DNA of 64,000 nt from Tepidiformaceae bacterium (GCA_965202995.1 OZ241861.1:483299-547298), one strand, 5' to 3'; numbered from the stretch's first letter, positions 44,314 to 52,490 are shown. Notes: a model not told the origin generated them from the letters alone. A program made the numbers and translations.

Positions 44314-45120
44314 CTAGTCTACCGCGTCCGCCGTTGCGGGATACGCCCCCCGCGCGGCGTGGCGCTCAAGCGCGCCCACGCCCTCCGCGAAACGGCGCGC
44401 GTTCGGCTCGCGGTCGAGGTGGTAGCGCACGAGCTCGGCGATGGCCGCGCGCAGCTCCGCGGCGTCGGCGGACGACGCGCGCACCGCCGCGAAGGCCTCC
44501 GCGTCCGCGCGCCGCGCGAAGCGCAGCAGCTTGACCACGGCCACGGAGACGGCGCGCCCGCCCCCCGCGTTCGCGCGGCACGGACGGCAGACGAGCCCGC
44601 CCGCCGACGGCGAGAGCAGCGTCTCCTCCTCCGGCAGCCGCCCCTCGCAGAGGGCGCAGGCGTCGATGCGCGGCTCGTAGCCGAGGAGCGAGAGCAGACG
44701 CAGCTCGAAGTGGCGCGCGACCAGCGGCCCGCCGCCCCCGTCCAGCGCCTCCAGCGTCGCCGTCAGCAGGGCGTACAGCTCCGGCAGGGGCTCGCGCTCG
44801 CCCGTGAAGCGGTCGACCAGCTCGATGCAGCAGAGCGCCTCCGCGCCCGCGGCCAGGTCCTCGCGCAGGCGGCGGTGGGCGGAGACGGTCTCGGCCTGCG
44901 TGAAGACGTCGAGCGTGCGCCCGCGCGCCAGCAGCAGGCGGCTGCGCGTGAGCGGTTCGAGGTGGCCGCGCATGCGGCTGCGGGCCTTGCGCACGCCCTT
45001 GGCGATGGCGTCGAAGCGGCCCTCCTCGCGGGTGAACACGGTGAGGATGCTGTCGGCCTCGCCGAGGTTGCGGCGGCGCAGGACGACGCCCTCGGCGCGG
45101 TAGACGCGCGGCCTCGCCAC
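44314..45120 (-). CDS. recO: DNA repair protein RecO
   Basis: ORF-track 44314..45120. It has an OB-fold N-terminus (VYRAEGVVLRRRNLGEADSILTVFTREEG) and the Cys4 motif CALCEG...CRPC. Confidence 0.9.
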   Translation of the reverse strand: MARPRVYRAEGVVLRRRNLGEADSILTVFTREEGRFDAIAKGVRKARSRMRGHLEPLTRSRLLLARGRTLDVFTQAETVSAHRRLREDLAAGAEALCCIELVDRFTGEREPLPELYALLTATLEALDGGGGPLVARHFELRLLSLLGYEPRIDACALCEGRLPEEETLLSPSAGGLVCRPCRANAGGGRAVSVAVVKLLRFARRADAEAFAAVRASSADAAELRAAIAELVRYHLDREPNARRFAEGVGALERHAARGAYPATADAVD

Positions 45121-45121
45121 G

Positions 45122-45724
45122 CTACAGCTCCTGCCGCCCTTCCAGCGCCCGCGCGAGCGTCAGGTCGTCCATGTACTCGAGGTCCGCGCCGCTGGGCAGG
45201 CCCCGCGCGAGGCGCGTGACGCGCACGCCCAGCGGCCCCAGCAGGCGCTGCAGGTACATGGAAGTGGCCTCCCCCTCGAGGCTGGGATTGGTGGCCATGA
45301 TCACCTCCCCCACGCCGCCCGCCTCCACGCGCTCCGTGAGTTCGCGCACGCGCAGCTGCTCCGGCCCCACGCCCTCGATCGGATTGAGCGCGCCGTGCAG
45401 CACGTGGTAGAGGCCGCGGTAGCCGCCCGTGCGCTCCACCACCAGCACGTCCAGCGGTTGCTCCACCACGCAGATGAGGGCGCGGTCGCGGCGCTCGTCG
45501 GCGCAGAGGGCGCAGGGGTCCGCCTCCGTGATGTTCCAGCAGGCGCCGCAGAACACGATGCGGCGCTTCACGTCGCCGAGCGCGCGCGCCAGCGCCAGCG
45601 CCTCGTCCTCGGGCGCGCGCAGCACGTGGTAGGCCAGGCGCTGGGCCGACCGGGGGCCGATGCCCGGCAGGCGGGTGAACTCCTGGATCAGGCGGGCGAT
45701 CGGCTCCGGCGCGCCGTCGGACAC
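45122..45724 (-). CDS. recR: recombination protein RecR
   Basis: ORF-track 45122..45724. It has RLPGIGPRSAQRLAYHVL (HhH), the C4 zinc finger CGACWNITEADPCALC and a Toprim domain. Confidence 0.93.
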   Translation of the reverse strand: MSDGAPEPIARLIQEFTRLPGIGPRSAQRLAYHVLRAPEDEALALARALGDVKRRIVFCGACWNITEADPCALCADERRDRALICVVEQPLDVLVVERTGGYRGLYHVLHGALNPIEGVGPEQLRVRELTERVEAGGVGEVIMATNPSLEGEATSMYLQRLLGPLGVRVTRLARGLPSGADLEYMDDLTLARALEGRQEL

Positions 45725-45730
45725 GCCGCC

Positions 45731-46087
45731 TCAGCCGCCGGAGCCGGGCAGCTCGAGCCCGCCCGTCAACATGCCGAGCGAATCCGCCTGCAGCGCGGCG
45801 GCGCGTTCGGCGGCGTCGTGGATGGCCGCCACCACCAGATCCTCGAGCATCTCCACGTCGTTCGGATCGACCACGTCGGGCTCGATTTTGACCTCCCGCA
45901 CCTTCTGCTCGCCGCTCATCGTGACGCGCACGGCCCCTCCCCCGGCGCTGCCCTCCACCGTGCGCGCGGCGAGCTCCTCCTGCGCGCGCTGGAGCATCGC
46001 CTGCGCCTCGGCCATCTGGTCGGCGCGCGGACGCGCCCCCCCGCCGCCGCGGCGCAGATAGCGGTTGCGGCCCGCCCCCTTCGCCAT
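45731..46087 (-). CDS. ybaB: YbaB/EbfC nucleoid-associated protein
   Basis: ATG 46087 begins the last 118 codons of ORF-track 45731..47602 and shares one nt with the dnaX stop. AQAMLQRAQEELAARTVEGSAGGGAVRVTMSGEQKVREVKIEP is the YbaB pattern. Confidence 0.85.
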   Translation of the reverse strand: MAKGAGRNRYLRRGGGGARPRADQMAEAQAMLQRAQEELAARTVEGSAGGGAVRVTMSGEQKVREVKIEPDVVDPNDVEMLEDLVVAAIHDAAERAAALQADSLGMLTGGLELPGSGG

Positions 46088-47583
46088 CAGGAGCGCTCCG
46101 GCGGGGGCGGAGGCGGGCCGTCGCCGGACCCCACGGGCGTCGCGCCCATGGCCCGCGCCGCCTCCGCCAGATGCCCGCCCCGCGCGGGCGGACGCGCGGG
46201 CGCGGCCTTCTCGATGCGCTCCACGGCCAGCGTCACCGGGCGCTTCAGCAGCTCCCCCGCCTTCTGCTCCACGAGCGTGCGCCCGTCGTTGTCGATCTTC
46301 TGCAGGTGGATGGGATGGTAGAAGCCGAGCCGCAGCTCGTCCCCGTCCATGGCCAGCACCTCGCAGGAGCCGTTCAGCCACGCGGCGAGCGTGGGCTGGG
46401 CCATCTTGCAGCGCGTGTAGAGCTCGTCGAGGAAGCGCTCCTCGCGGCTGCGCTCCTCGCCGCCAGCGGCGCCCGCGGGGCGGCGCGGACGCGCGGGACG
46501 GCGGGGACGGCTCTCGCGCTGGCCGTCCGCGCGGCGCTCCCCTTCCGGAGCGGCGGCGGGCGCGACGGCGCGGGCGGGGCCCAGCACGGCGGCGGCGCAG
46601 GCCACCTCCAGCGGCACGGGGCTGCCCGGATCGCGACGGAAATCGGCCCCCGCCAGCTCCGCCACCGCCGTCGTCAGCGTCTCCACCTCGGGGGCGCGCT
46701 CGCGGGCGGCGGAGAGCAGGCGCTCGCGCAGCGTATCGATCGTCTCGCGCGTGAAGCGGGCGATGTCGAGGCCGTCGGCGGCCACCTCGCGGGCGAGCGC
46801 GAGCGCCGCGCCGAGATCCCGCGCGGCGAGCGCCCCGGCCAGCTGCTCCGTGCGCTCGTCGCGCACCAGCCCCAGTCCCTCCAGCACGTCGTCGGTGCCC
46901 GGCGCGGGGCCGTAGGTGGCCGCGATCTGCTCCAGCAGCGTGATGGCGTCGCGCAGCGCCCCGCGCGCCTCCCGCGCGATGGCCAGCAGCCCCTCCTCCG
47001 GCACCGCATAGCCCTCGCGCCCGGCGATGTAGGCCAGCCGCTCCACCATCGCCTCCACGGCCACGCGCCGGAAATCGAAGCGCTGGCAGCGCGAGACGAT
47101 GGTCGGCGGCAGCTCGTGCAGCTCCGTCGTGGCGAGGATGAAGATGGCGTGCGGCGGCGGCTCCTCCAGCGTCTTCAGCAGCGCGTTGAAGGCCCCCGTG
47201 GTGAGCATGTGCACCTCGTCCAGCAGGTACACCTTGCGGTCCAGGTCGCTGGGCGCGAACGCGATCTTGTCGCGCAGCTCGCGCACGTCGTCGATGCCGC
47301 GGTTGCTGGCCGCGTCCATCTCGATCAGGTCGAGCGCCGTCCCGCGGTTGATGGCCTCGCAGGCCGCGCAGGCGTTGCACGGATCGCCCTCCTCGCGCTC
47401 GCGGCAGTTCACCGCCTTCGCCAGGATGCGCGCCGTCGTCGTCTTGCCCGTGCCGCGCGGCCCCGCGAAGAGGTAGGCGTGCGCCACCTGGTCCGTGATC
47501 AGCGCGTTGCGCAGCGTGGACACCACGTGGTCCTGGCCGACCACCTCGTCGAAGCCGCGCGGGCGCCACTTGCCGTAGAGCAC
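46087..47583 (-). CDS. dnaX: DNA polymerase III subunit gamma/tau
   Basis: GTG 47583 (VLYGKWRPRGFDEVVGQDHV...) follows GGAAGGGGG and is in frame with ORF-track 46087..47814. Walker A GPRGTGKTT, the zinc module CREREEGDPCNACAAC and DEVHML are present. Confidence 0.9.
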   Translation of the reverse strand: MLYGKWRPRGFDEVVGQDHVVSTLRNALITDQVAHAYLFAGPRGTGKTTTARILAKAVNCREREEGDPCNACAACEAINRGTALDLIEMDAASNRGIDDVRELRDKIAFAPSDLDRKVYLLDEVHMLTTGAFNALLKTLEEPPPHAIFILATTELHELPPTIVSRCQRFDFRRVAVEAMVERLAYIAGREGYAVPEEGLLAIAREARGALRDAITLLEQIAATYGPAPGTDDVLEGLGLVRDERTEQLAGALAARDLGAALALAREVAADGLDIARFTRETIDTLRERLLSAARERAPEVETLTTAVAELAGADFRRDPGSPVPLEVACAAAVLGPARAVAPAAAPEGERRADGQRESRPRRPARPRRPAGAAGGEERSREERFLDELYTRCKMAQPTLAAWLNGSCEVLAMDGDELRLGFYHPIHLQKIDNDGRTLVEQKAGELLKRPVTLAVERIEKAAPARPPARGGHLAEAARAMGATPVGSGDGPPPPPPERS

Positions 47584-47696
47584 GATTCCCCCTTCCCCCC
47601 AAGCATACGCAAGGGCGGGGATCCGTGCGGACCCCCGCCCCGCGTTTTCGCCCGAACCGGACCCGCCCGACGGCGGGCCCGCGCGATGCGGCGGCG

Positions 47697-47900
47697 CTAG
47701 GCCGCGCGCGCCAGCTTCTGGCGGAGACGGTCGATGCGCAGTTCCTCGTCCGCGATCTCGCGGGCGAGCGCCTCCTCGGCGCGGATGGCGTCCCACTCCC
47801 CGCGGAACCGCCATTCCGGCGAATTCAGCAGCAGCGAGCGCTCCAGAAGGACCGACCGGGCCAGTTCGTGCTCGAACACGGTTTCACCTCCGGCGAGCAT
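47697..47900 (-). CDS. possible small protein, 67 aa, downstream of the riboswitch candidate
   Basis: ATG 47900 is in frame with ORF-track 47697..48209. It has high GC3 and a helical, charged sequence (EEALAREIADEELRIDRLRQKLARAA). It is the only minus-strand ORF between the aptamer and dnaX. Confidence 0.35.
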   Translation of the reverse strand: MLAGGETVFEHELARSVLLERSLLLNSPEWRFRGEWDAIRAEEALAREIADEELRIDRLRQKLARAA

Positions 47901-48040
47901 CGGCGGCGGCGTCCCCGCCACGGGAACGGCACCGGGCGTCGTCGTCGGGGCCGCTGGCCGTCTCGGGACGGTTCGGGTCCGGGCGTTCGCGTGCGAACCG
48001 GAGCGAAGCGGTCGAGAGACCCCCACGATTGAGGTCCCTC

Positions 48041-48152
48041 CCACGCCTGCGAGGTTAGCTGACGGGCTGCGACCGGAGGTGTCGCCCGCGGATGCGGTTC
48101 GCCCCGATGTGGCGGTTCCCCCGCTCCCCCGAAGGGGATTCGGCGGCAGCGG
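48041..48152 (-). promoter_or_regulatory. candidate c-di-AMP riboswitch (ydaO/kimA class)
   Basis: The minus-strand RNA reads CGCCGAAUCC (48145..48136), CCCC-UUCG-GGGG hairpin (48137..48126), AGCGGGGGAACC (48125..48114), UCGGGGCGAACC (48107..48096), GGGCGAC, and GUCAGCUAACCUCGCAGGCG (48063..48044). These match, in order, the blocks I recall from Bacillus subtilis ydaO: CGCUUAAUC, hairpin, AGCGGGGGACCC, UUGGGGUGAAUCC, GGGCGA, GUCAGCUAACCUCGUAAGCG. Confidence 0.6.
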
Positions 48153-48211
48153 ATGCTGCCCCCACCACCGTGCCCGCCCCCGCGTTAACGCGCAAGCGCG
48201 GGGCGCCACGC

Positions 48212-50914
48212 CTACTCAAGCAGCTCCCCCGCGATCACTCCTATCCAGATCTTCTCGCCCGTTTCCACGAGGTACTGCCCGGTCTCGATGCGAGCGACGG
48301 GATACGTCGGAAGCGGGCGCACCACCACGCATCCCCCGTCGAGCCCACTGGCATGGACAGGGGAATGGAAATCGCGGTTCTCGAATCCGTGTGGCTGCGA
48401 TTCCACGGAAAGCTCCTCCACGTCGATGGGATAGACATGGAGGAAGAAAGTGGGGACATCCACGGAAAAATCACAAGCATTATTACTCACATAGATAATA
48501 TCCTGATCCAAAAGATACACATCCCAGCCGGAGTTAGTCAGAACGGAGTTTCCCAGTGCATCCAGGAAGTCCCTGCTGATCTCCGCAGGGTTACGATCCG
48601 AAAGAAAGATCACTCCCCTCCATATCTTCTCACTCGTTTCCAAATGGTATCGCCCTGTCTCGATGAGAGCGACAGGATACGTCGGAAGTGAACGCACGAC
48701 TACGCATCCATCGTCGAGCGCATCGGCATAGAAAGGGGAATGGAAATCGCGGTTCTCGAATCCGTGTGGTTGCGACTCCGCAGGAAGATCTTCTCTATCG
48801 ACAGGATGGATATGGAGGAAAAAGGGATGGGTATCCACGGAGAATTCGCAGGTGTCATCAGAAACATAGATAATGTCTTGATCCGAAAGGTACACATCCC
48901 ATCCGGAATTGCTCAGAACCGGGAGGCCCAGTGTGTCCAGGAAATCCCTGCTGATCTCTGTGGATCTACGTTCTCTGGCAAAATCGATGGCACCATACCA
49001 AATTCTGTCATCACCTGAGAATTGTCCTGTCACAATCCGGGAAAAGGGATACCGAGGCAGTGGATGAAGAGCAACACACGTCCCTTCAAGATTGACAGAA
49101 TTTTCCGAGAAAAAGAAGCTTTGATTCTCAAACTTCGCTCCCTGCGATTCCAAGGGAAGATCGTCGATGGTGGAGGGAAAGATGTGAACAAAGAAGGTAG
49201 GGCGTGTTTCTTCGCAGTTGTCGGTAACATAGAGAAGCGAATCGTCGGAGCGATACACTTCGTATTCCTTTCTCTCCAGAGTGGGATATCCTAAATGATC
49301 CAGTATCTCGGGAAATGTTTCTGCTGTATTGTGATAAAGATCGATTAACACTTGGGAATCATGCACCAAATAGAGTGTAATATCCCCGGTCACTTTTGCG
49401 TCATAAAGGATGTTGGTATTTCCTTGAATATTAGCAAGTTTTTCAAGCAAAACGATATCATTCACTTCTGCATTAAAGAATGCGATCCAAAGACGCCTGC
49501 TTTCTCGTAAATCGAGCAGGTCATCCAGACATGATTTCTTGTTGCACACTCTGTAGTATTTCGGGATATCTCCTCCGTAGTGTATTTTTATAAAAGGCAT
49601 CCCTCCTATGAAAGGACCCGGTTCTCCTTCTGTCCAGAAAATGATATCCCCTTCTTCTCGCCATTCTTCGACACTGGCGATGGCAACTTCAAATGACAGG
49701 GGTTCCGAAAATAATCCATCTTCATTCGTGATAGAAAGTACGCCAATGAATCCTATGACAAGCACTGATCCAGAACATATTATAGCCCTGATGGAAATTT
49801 TCAAGGAACCAGTTAGATTGGTAAGCAATTCCGAAGCTACCGGGATACACTGGGAAAATGCCACTATGATGACTGGTCCCCATAAGGTGGAATGTCGGTT
49901 GGCGCCAATGGGGTATTCCTGAAATATCGCGGCACTCAATGCAATAACCATACTGATCAGGAACAGGATTGTGAGTTCGCTTCTTCTTCTAATATGCTTG
50001 CCAAGAGCGAAAAGGGCAATACTGAATCCAATCAGGGCAAAAAATGGAATGATTTCAACATGGTATCCAAGAATTTCTCTGAATTTATCGTAGCTGAATT
50101 GAACAATTTCTCCCACGTTTGTCAATCTTCCCTGATAGTAATCATCCTGAAGATAACCATCACGCGCCCATCCAGCCCTCCATCCATCAGTATGGTACTG
50201 CAGAGTGCTGAACCATGCCGTAACGCTCCCCGCCGACAGCGCCAACACCGGCGCTATCGAGAACGAGACCGTATCCCTAATCCCAGCCATCCACTTCCCC
50301 CTTCCCCAGCCTGTATCGAGGCCCCGCTTCATGACGATCATCAGCACCATCGCCACGCCGAGCAACACCAAGCCATATTGCAGAAGCGGACCGACAAACA
50401 GCGTTACTGGTAGCAGCCATCGCTTTTCCCCTTTCAGGTACCACAGCGCCCCGGCTAGCATGATCACCACCAGCAGCGCGTCTATCGAATACTCCCGCAC
50501 ATCCCGTGCCTCATGAATCGCGGCCACGGACACCGCCATGAGAACACCAGCGGGGAAGGCCACCGACCGTCTGACCCCGGCCAGGGGGAGCAACACCACG
50601 AGCGCGGCCACCGTGAGCGTGCTCGCCACCGCCGGCGCCAGCCGGATGCTGAGACGGGATACTTCAATCTTCTGGATGAGCCACAGGCCAATCGGCCAGA
50701 GGATCGGCGACGAATTCTGGGTACGCGTGTTCTCGATGAGCTCCCCGAACGACCCTTGTGCATTGAGAGATGCAATCGCTTCATCAGCACGGAGACCATC
50801 GGAAGGAAGGGCATAGAACCGCGGCACGGCAGCGGCAACGACCAGAACCACGCATGCGACATAGTACAGCGTCGATTCCCTGGGCCACCGCAGCCCCCGG
50901 AGCCGTTCCCACAT
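48212..50914 (-). CDS. ArnT/PMT-like (GT39/GT83-type) membrane glycosyltransferase fused to a large C-terminal region with three tandem repeats of about 125 aa
   Basis: ATG 50914 (MWERLRGLRWPRESTLYYV...) is in frame with ORF-track 48212..51001, giving 900 aa. The N-terminal part is a polytopic membrane region with the pattern RADEAI...SSPILWPIGLW...RLAPAVASTL, typical of PMT_2/ArnT. The last 369 aa are three repeats. Confidence 0.75.
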   Translation of the reverse strand: MWERLRGLRWPRESTLYYVACVVLVVAAAVPRFYALPSDGLRADEAIASLNAQGSFGELIENTRTQNSSPILWPIGLWLIQKIEVSRLSIRLAPAVASTLTVAALVVLLPLAGVRRSVAFPAGVLMAVSVAAIHEARDVREYSIDALLVVIMLAGALWYLKGEKRWLLPVTLFVGPLLQYGLVLLGVAMVLMIVMKRGLDTGWGRGKWMAGIRDTVSFSIAPVLALSAGSVTAWFSTLQYHTDGWRAGWARDGYLQDDYYQGRLTNVGEIVQFSYDKFREILGYHVEIIPFFALIGFSIALFALGKHIRRRSELTILFLISMVIALSAAIFQEYPIGANRHSTLWGPVIIVAFSQCIPVASELLTNLTGSLKISIRAIICSGSVLVIGFIGVLSITNEDGLFSEPLSFEVAIASVEEWREEGDIIFWTEGEPGPFIGGMPFIKIHYGGDIPKYYRVCNKKSCLDDLLDLRESRRLWIAFFNAEVNDIVLLEKLANIQGNTNILYDAKVTGDITLYLVHDSQVLIDLYHNTAETFPEILDHLGYPTLERKEYEVYRSDDSLLYVTDNCEETRPTFFVHIFPSTIDDLPLESQGAKFENQSFFFSENSVNLEGTCVALHPLPRYPFSRIVTGQFSGDDRIWYGAIDFARERRSTEISRDFLDTLGLPVLSNSGWDVYLSDQDIIYVSDDTCEFSVDTHPFFLHIHPVDREDLPAESQPHGFENRDFHSPFYADALDDGCVVVRSLPTYPVALIETGRYHLETSEKIWRGVIFLSDRNPAEISRDFLDALGNSVLTNSGWDVYLLDQDIIYVSNNACDFSVDVPTFFLHVYPIDVEELSVESQPHGFENRDFHSPVHASGLDGGCVVVRPLPTYPVARIETGQYLVETGEKIWIGVIAGELLE
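48215..49321. repeat. three tandem coding repeats (about 369, 375 and 363 nt) encoding an unrecognised domain
   Basis: The repeat units are 48215-48583, 48584-48958 and 48959-49321. The first two share long identical runs, e.g. the 36-nt aggggaatggaaatcgcggttctcgaatccgtgtgg at 48359-48394 and 48734-48769 (offset 375). The third unit is recognisable only at protein level. Confidence 0.85.
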
Positions 50915-50954
50915 GAACGCGCACAGGCTACAGGCCTCGCCCCCGCGACGCAAC

Positions 50955-52490
50955 TCAGCGCACGCGCAGGATGACGCCGTCGGGGAGCTCCGCCACCGCA
51001 TCCAGCGCGGACGACGCCTGCAGTTCGGCGGGGCCGTAGCCGTAGTTGGCGTTCGCGGGCCAGTCGCGGAACCAGACGACCCAGGCGCCGGGCCGTGCGC
51101 CGTCGAGCGCCCGCTCCACGCGGTCGCGCGCCTCCGGCAGGCGCTGGTAGCGGTTCGCGGGGCCGAGGGCGATGTACAGCAGGTCGTGACGGTTGGAGAG
51201 GAACTCCGCGCCCCGCGGCTCGCCGAACCATTCCACCGTGGGGAAATCGCCCCGCCAGTCCGCGCTCCAGTCGGGCAGCAGCGCGACGAGGTCGTCCCGC
51301 GCGATGGCGTGCGCGGTGAGCCCCGCGTTCCCCAGCGTCCAGAGCGCGAGCGCGCCCGCGACGGCGATGGCGGCGGCGCGGACCGGAAGCGCGTGCGCCC
51401 CGCGCCGCCAGAGCCGGTCCGCCGCCAGCGTCAGCAGGAAGATCGCGGGAACGATGCAGGGGAGCAGCTGCCGCGAGAAGCTGTCCGTCCCGGACAGGGT
51501 CGCCAGCGTGAAGAGGTAGCAGGCGGTGAACACGGCCACGAAGACGCTCGCCGTCACCAGGCTCGCGCGCGCCCGCCCGCTTTCCGCCACGCGCCAGCCC
51601 GCCGCCGCGACCGCGAGCGCACCGGCCGCCAGCAGCGCGAGCGCCGCCGCCTCCGTCATGGCGCCGGGCGTCCCCCCCGACGGCGGGACGAGGAAGATCC
51701 AGTCCGCGGCGACGTCGATCATGCCGTCCCGAATCTGGCTCGCGGACAGGCCCGAGGGCGAACGCGCGCCCCCGAGGCTCCCCGTGAGCGAGAGATTGCG
51801 CAGCATCCAGAGCGCAAGGGGAATCGCCGCCAGCGCCGCCCAGACGGCCACGCGCCGCACGCGCTCCGGCAGGGGGGCGTCGCGCCGGAACAGGAGCAGC
51901 GGCGCGACGGCCAGCGCCAGTGCGACGCCCATGAAGCGCGCGAGGCAGGCGAGAGCCGCGAACAGCGCCGCCCACGCGAACGCCGCTCGCCCGCCGCCGT
52001 TCAGGTGCACCGCCGTGAGCATGAGCGCGAGCAGCGTGAGCAGGATGAAGAGCGGCTCGGACATGGCGAGCGCGGAGATGTTGGCCAGCGGGATGGCGAG
52101 GGCCGCGGCCAGACAGCCCAGCGCGACGAACGGGCGCGCCACGCCGCACCAGCGCAGCCACCAGCCGAGCGCGACGACGGTCAGGCCGAGACAGGCGGCG
52201 TTGAGCGGCCCCGCCACCGCGTGGGGATCGACGACGAAGAAGCCCGCCGCCGCCAGCAGCATCGGAAAGAGCGGCGGGAACGACACGTAGCTCCGGTCGA
52301 GGAAGCCCGCGAACCCGTCCCCGTCCGCCAGCCGCCGCGCCACGCCGATGTAGTTGACGGCGTCGCCGTGGAAGACGCCGCCGTGAACGGCCTCCCGCAG
52401 CAACGCGAGCGCCACGCCCAGCAGGGCGATGCCGAGCACGAGCAGCGCGAAGCGGTCGGGGCGGGGGAACGTCAGCGCGCCGTCTCCCAC
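50955..52490 (-). CDS. ArnT/PMT-like membrane glycosyltransferase (second copy, native GC)
   Basis: GTG 52490 is in frame with ORF-track 50955..52835; the start is uncertain. It is polytopic, with GDAVNYIGVARRLADGDGF...FPPLFPMLLAA typical of the PMT_2 family. It overlaps the upstream methyltransferase gene by 19 nt. Confidence 0.7.
   Translation of the reverse strand: MGDGALTFPRPDRFALLVLGIALLGVALALLREAVHGGVFHGDAVNYIGVARRLADGDGFAGFLDRSYVSFPPLFPMLLAAAGFFVVDPHAVAGPLNAACLGLTVVALGWWLRWCGVARPFVALGCLAAALAIPLANISALAMSEPLFILLTLLALMLTAVHLNGGGRAAFAWAALFAALACLARFMGVALALAVAPLLLFRRDAPLPERVRRVAVWAALAAIPLALWMLRNLSLTGSLGGARSPSGLSASQIRDGMIDVAADWIFLVPPSGGTPGAMTEAAALALLAAGALAVAAAGWRVAESGRARASLVTASVFVAVFTACYLFTLATLSGTDSFSRQLLPCIVPAIFLLTLAADRLWRRGAHALPVRAAAIAVAGALALWTLGNAGLTAHAIARDDLVALLPDWSADWRGDFPTVEWFGEPRGAEFLSNRHDLLYIALGPANRYQRLPEARDRVERALDGARPGAWVVWFRDWPANANYGYGPAELQASSALDAVAELPDGVILRVR

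Noticed and set aside
46087-47583. A programmed frameshift or slippery A-run in dnaX (gamma/tau).
   Set aside because: I found no A-rich heptamer or homopolymeric A tract in the gene.
47613-47650. A GC-rich hairpin followed by CGCGTTTTCG, looking like an intrinsic terminator on the plus strand.
   Set aside because: No plus-strand gene ends upstream of it. On the minus strand, where the genes lie, it has no U-tract. I have kept it only as a possible processing or pause element between the small ORF and dnaX.
47584-47700. SRP (4.5S) RNA upstream of dnaX, as in many bacteria.
   Set aside because: Neither strand contains a GGAA-tetraloop/AGCAGCC-type domain IV motif. The closest string (CCGGAGCGAAGCGGTC at about 47998-48013) lacks the closing pairs.
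47955-47975. A tRNA-like T-arm string, ggttcgggtcc.
   Set aside because: The flanking bases do not form a T-stem, and no acceptor or anticodon arms can be drawn. It lies in the expression-platform region of the riboswitch candidate.
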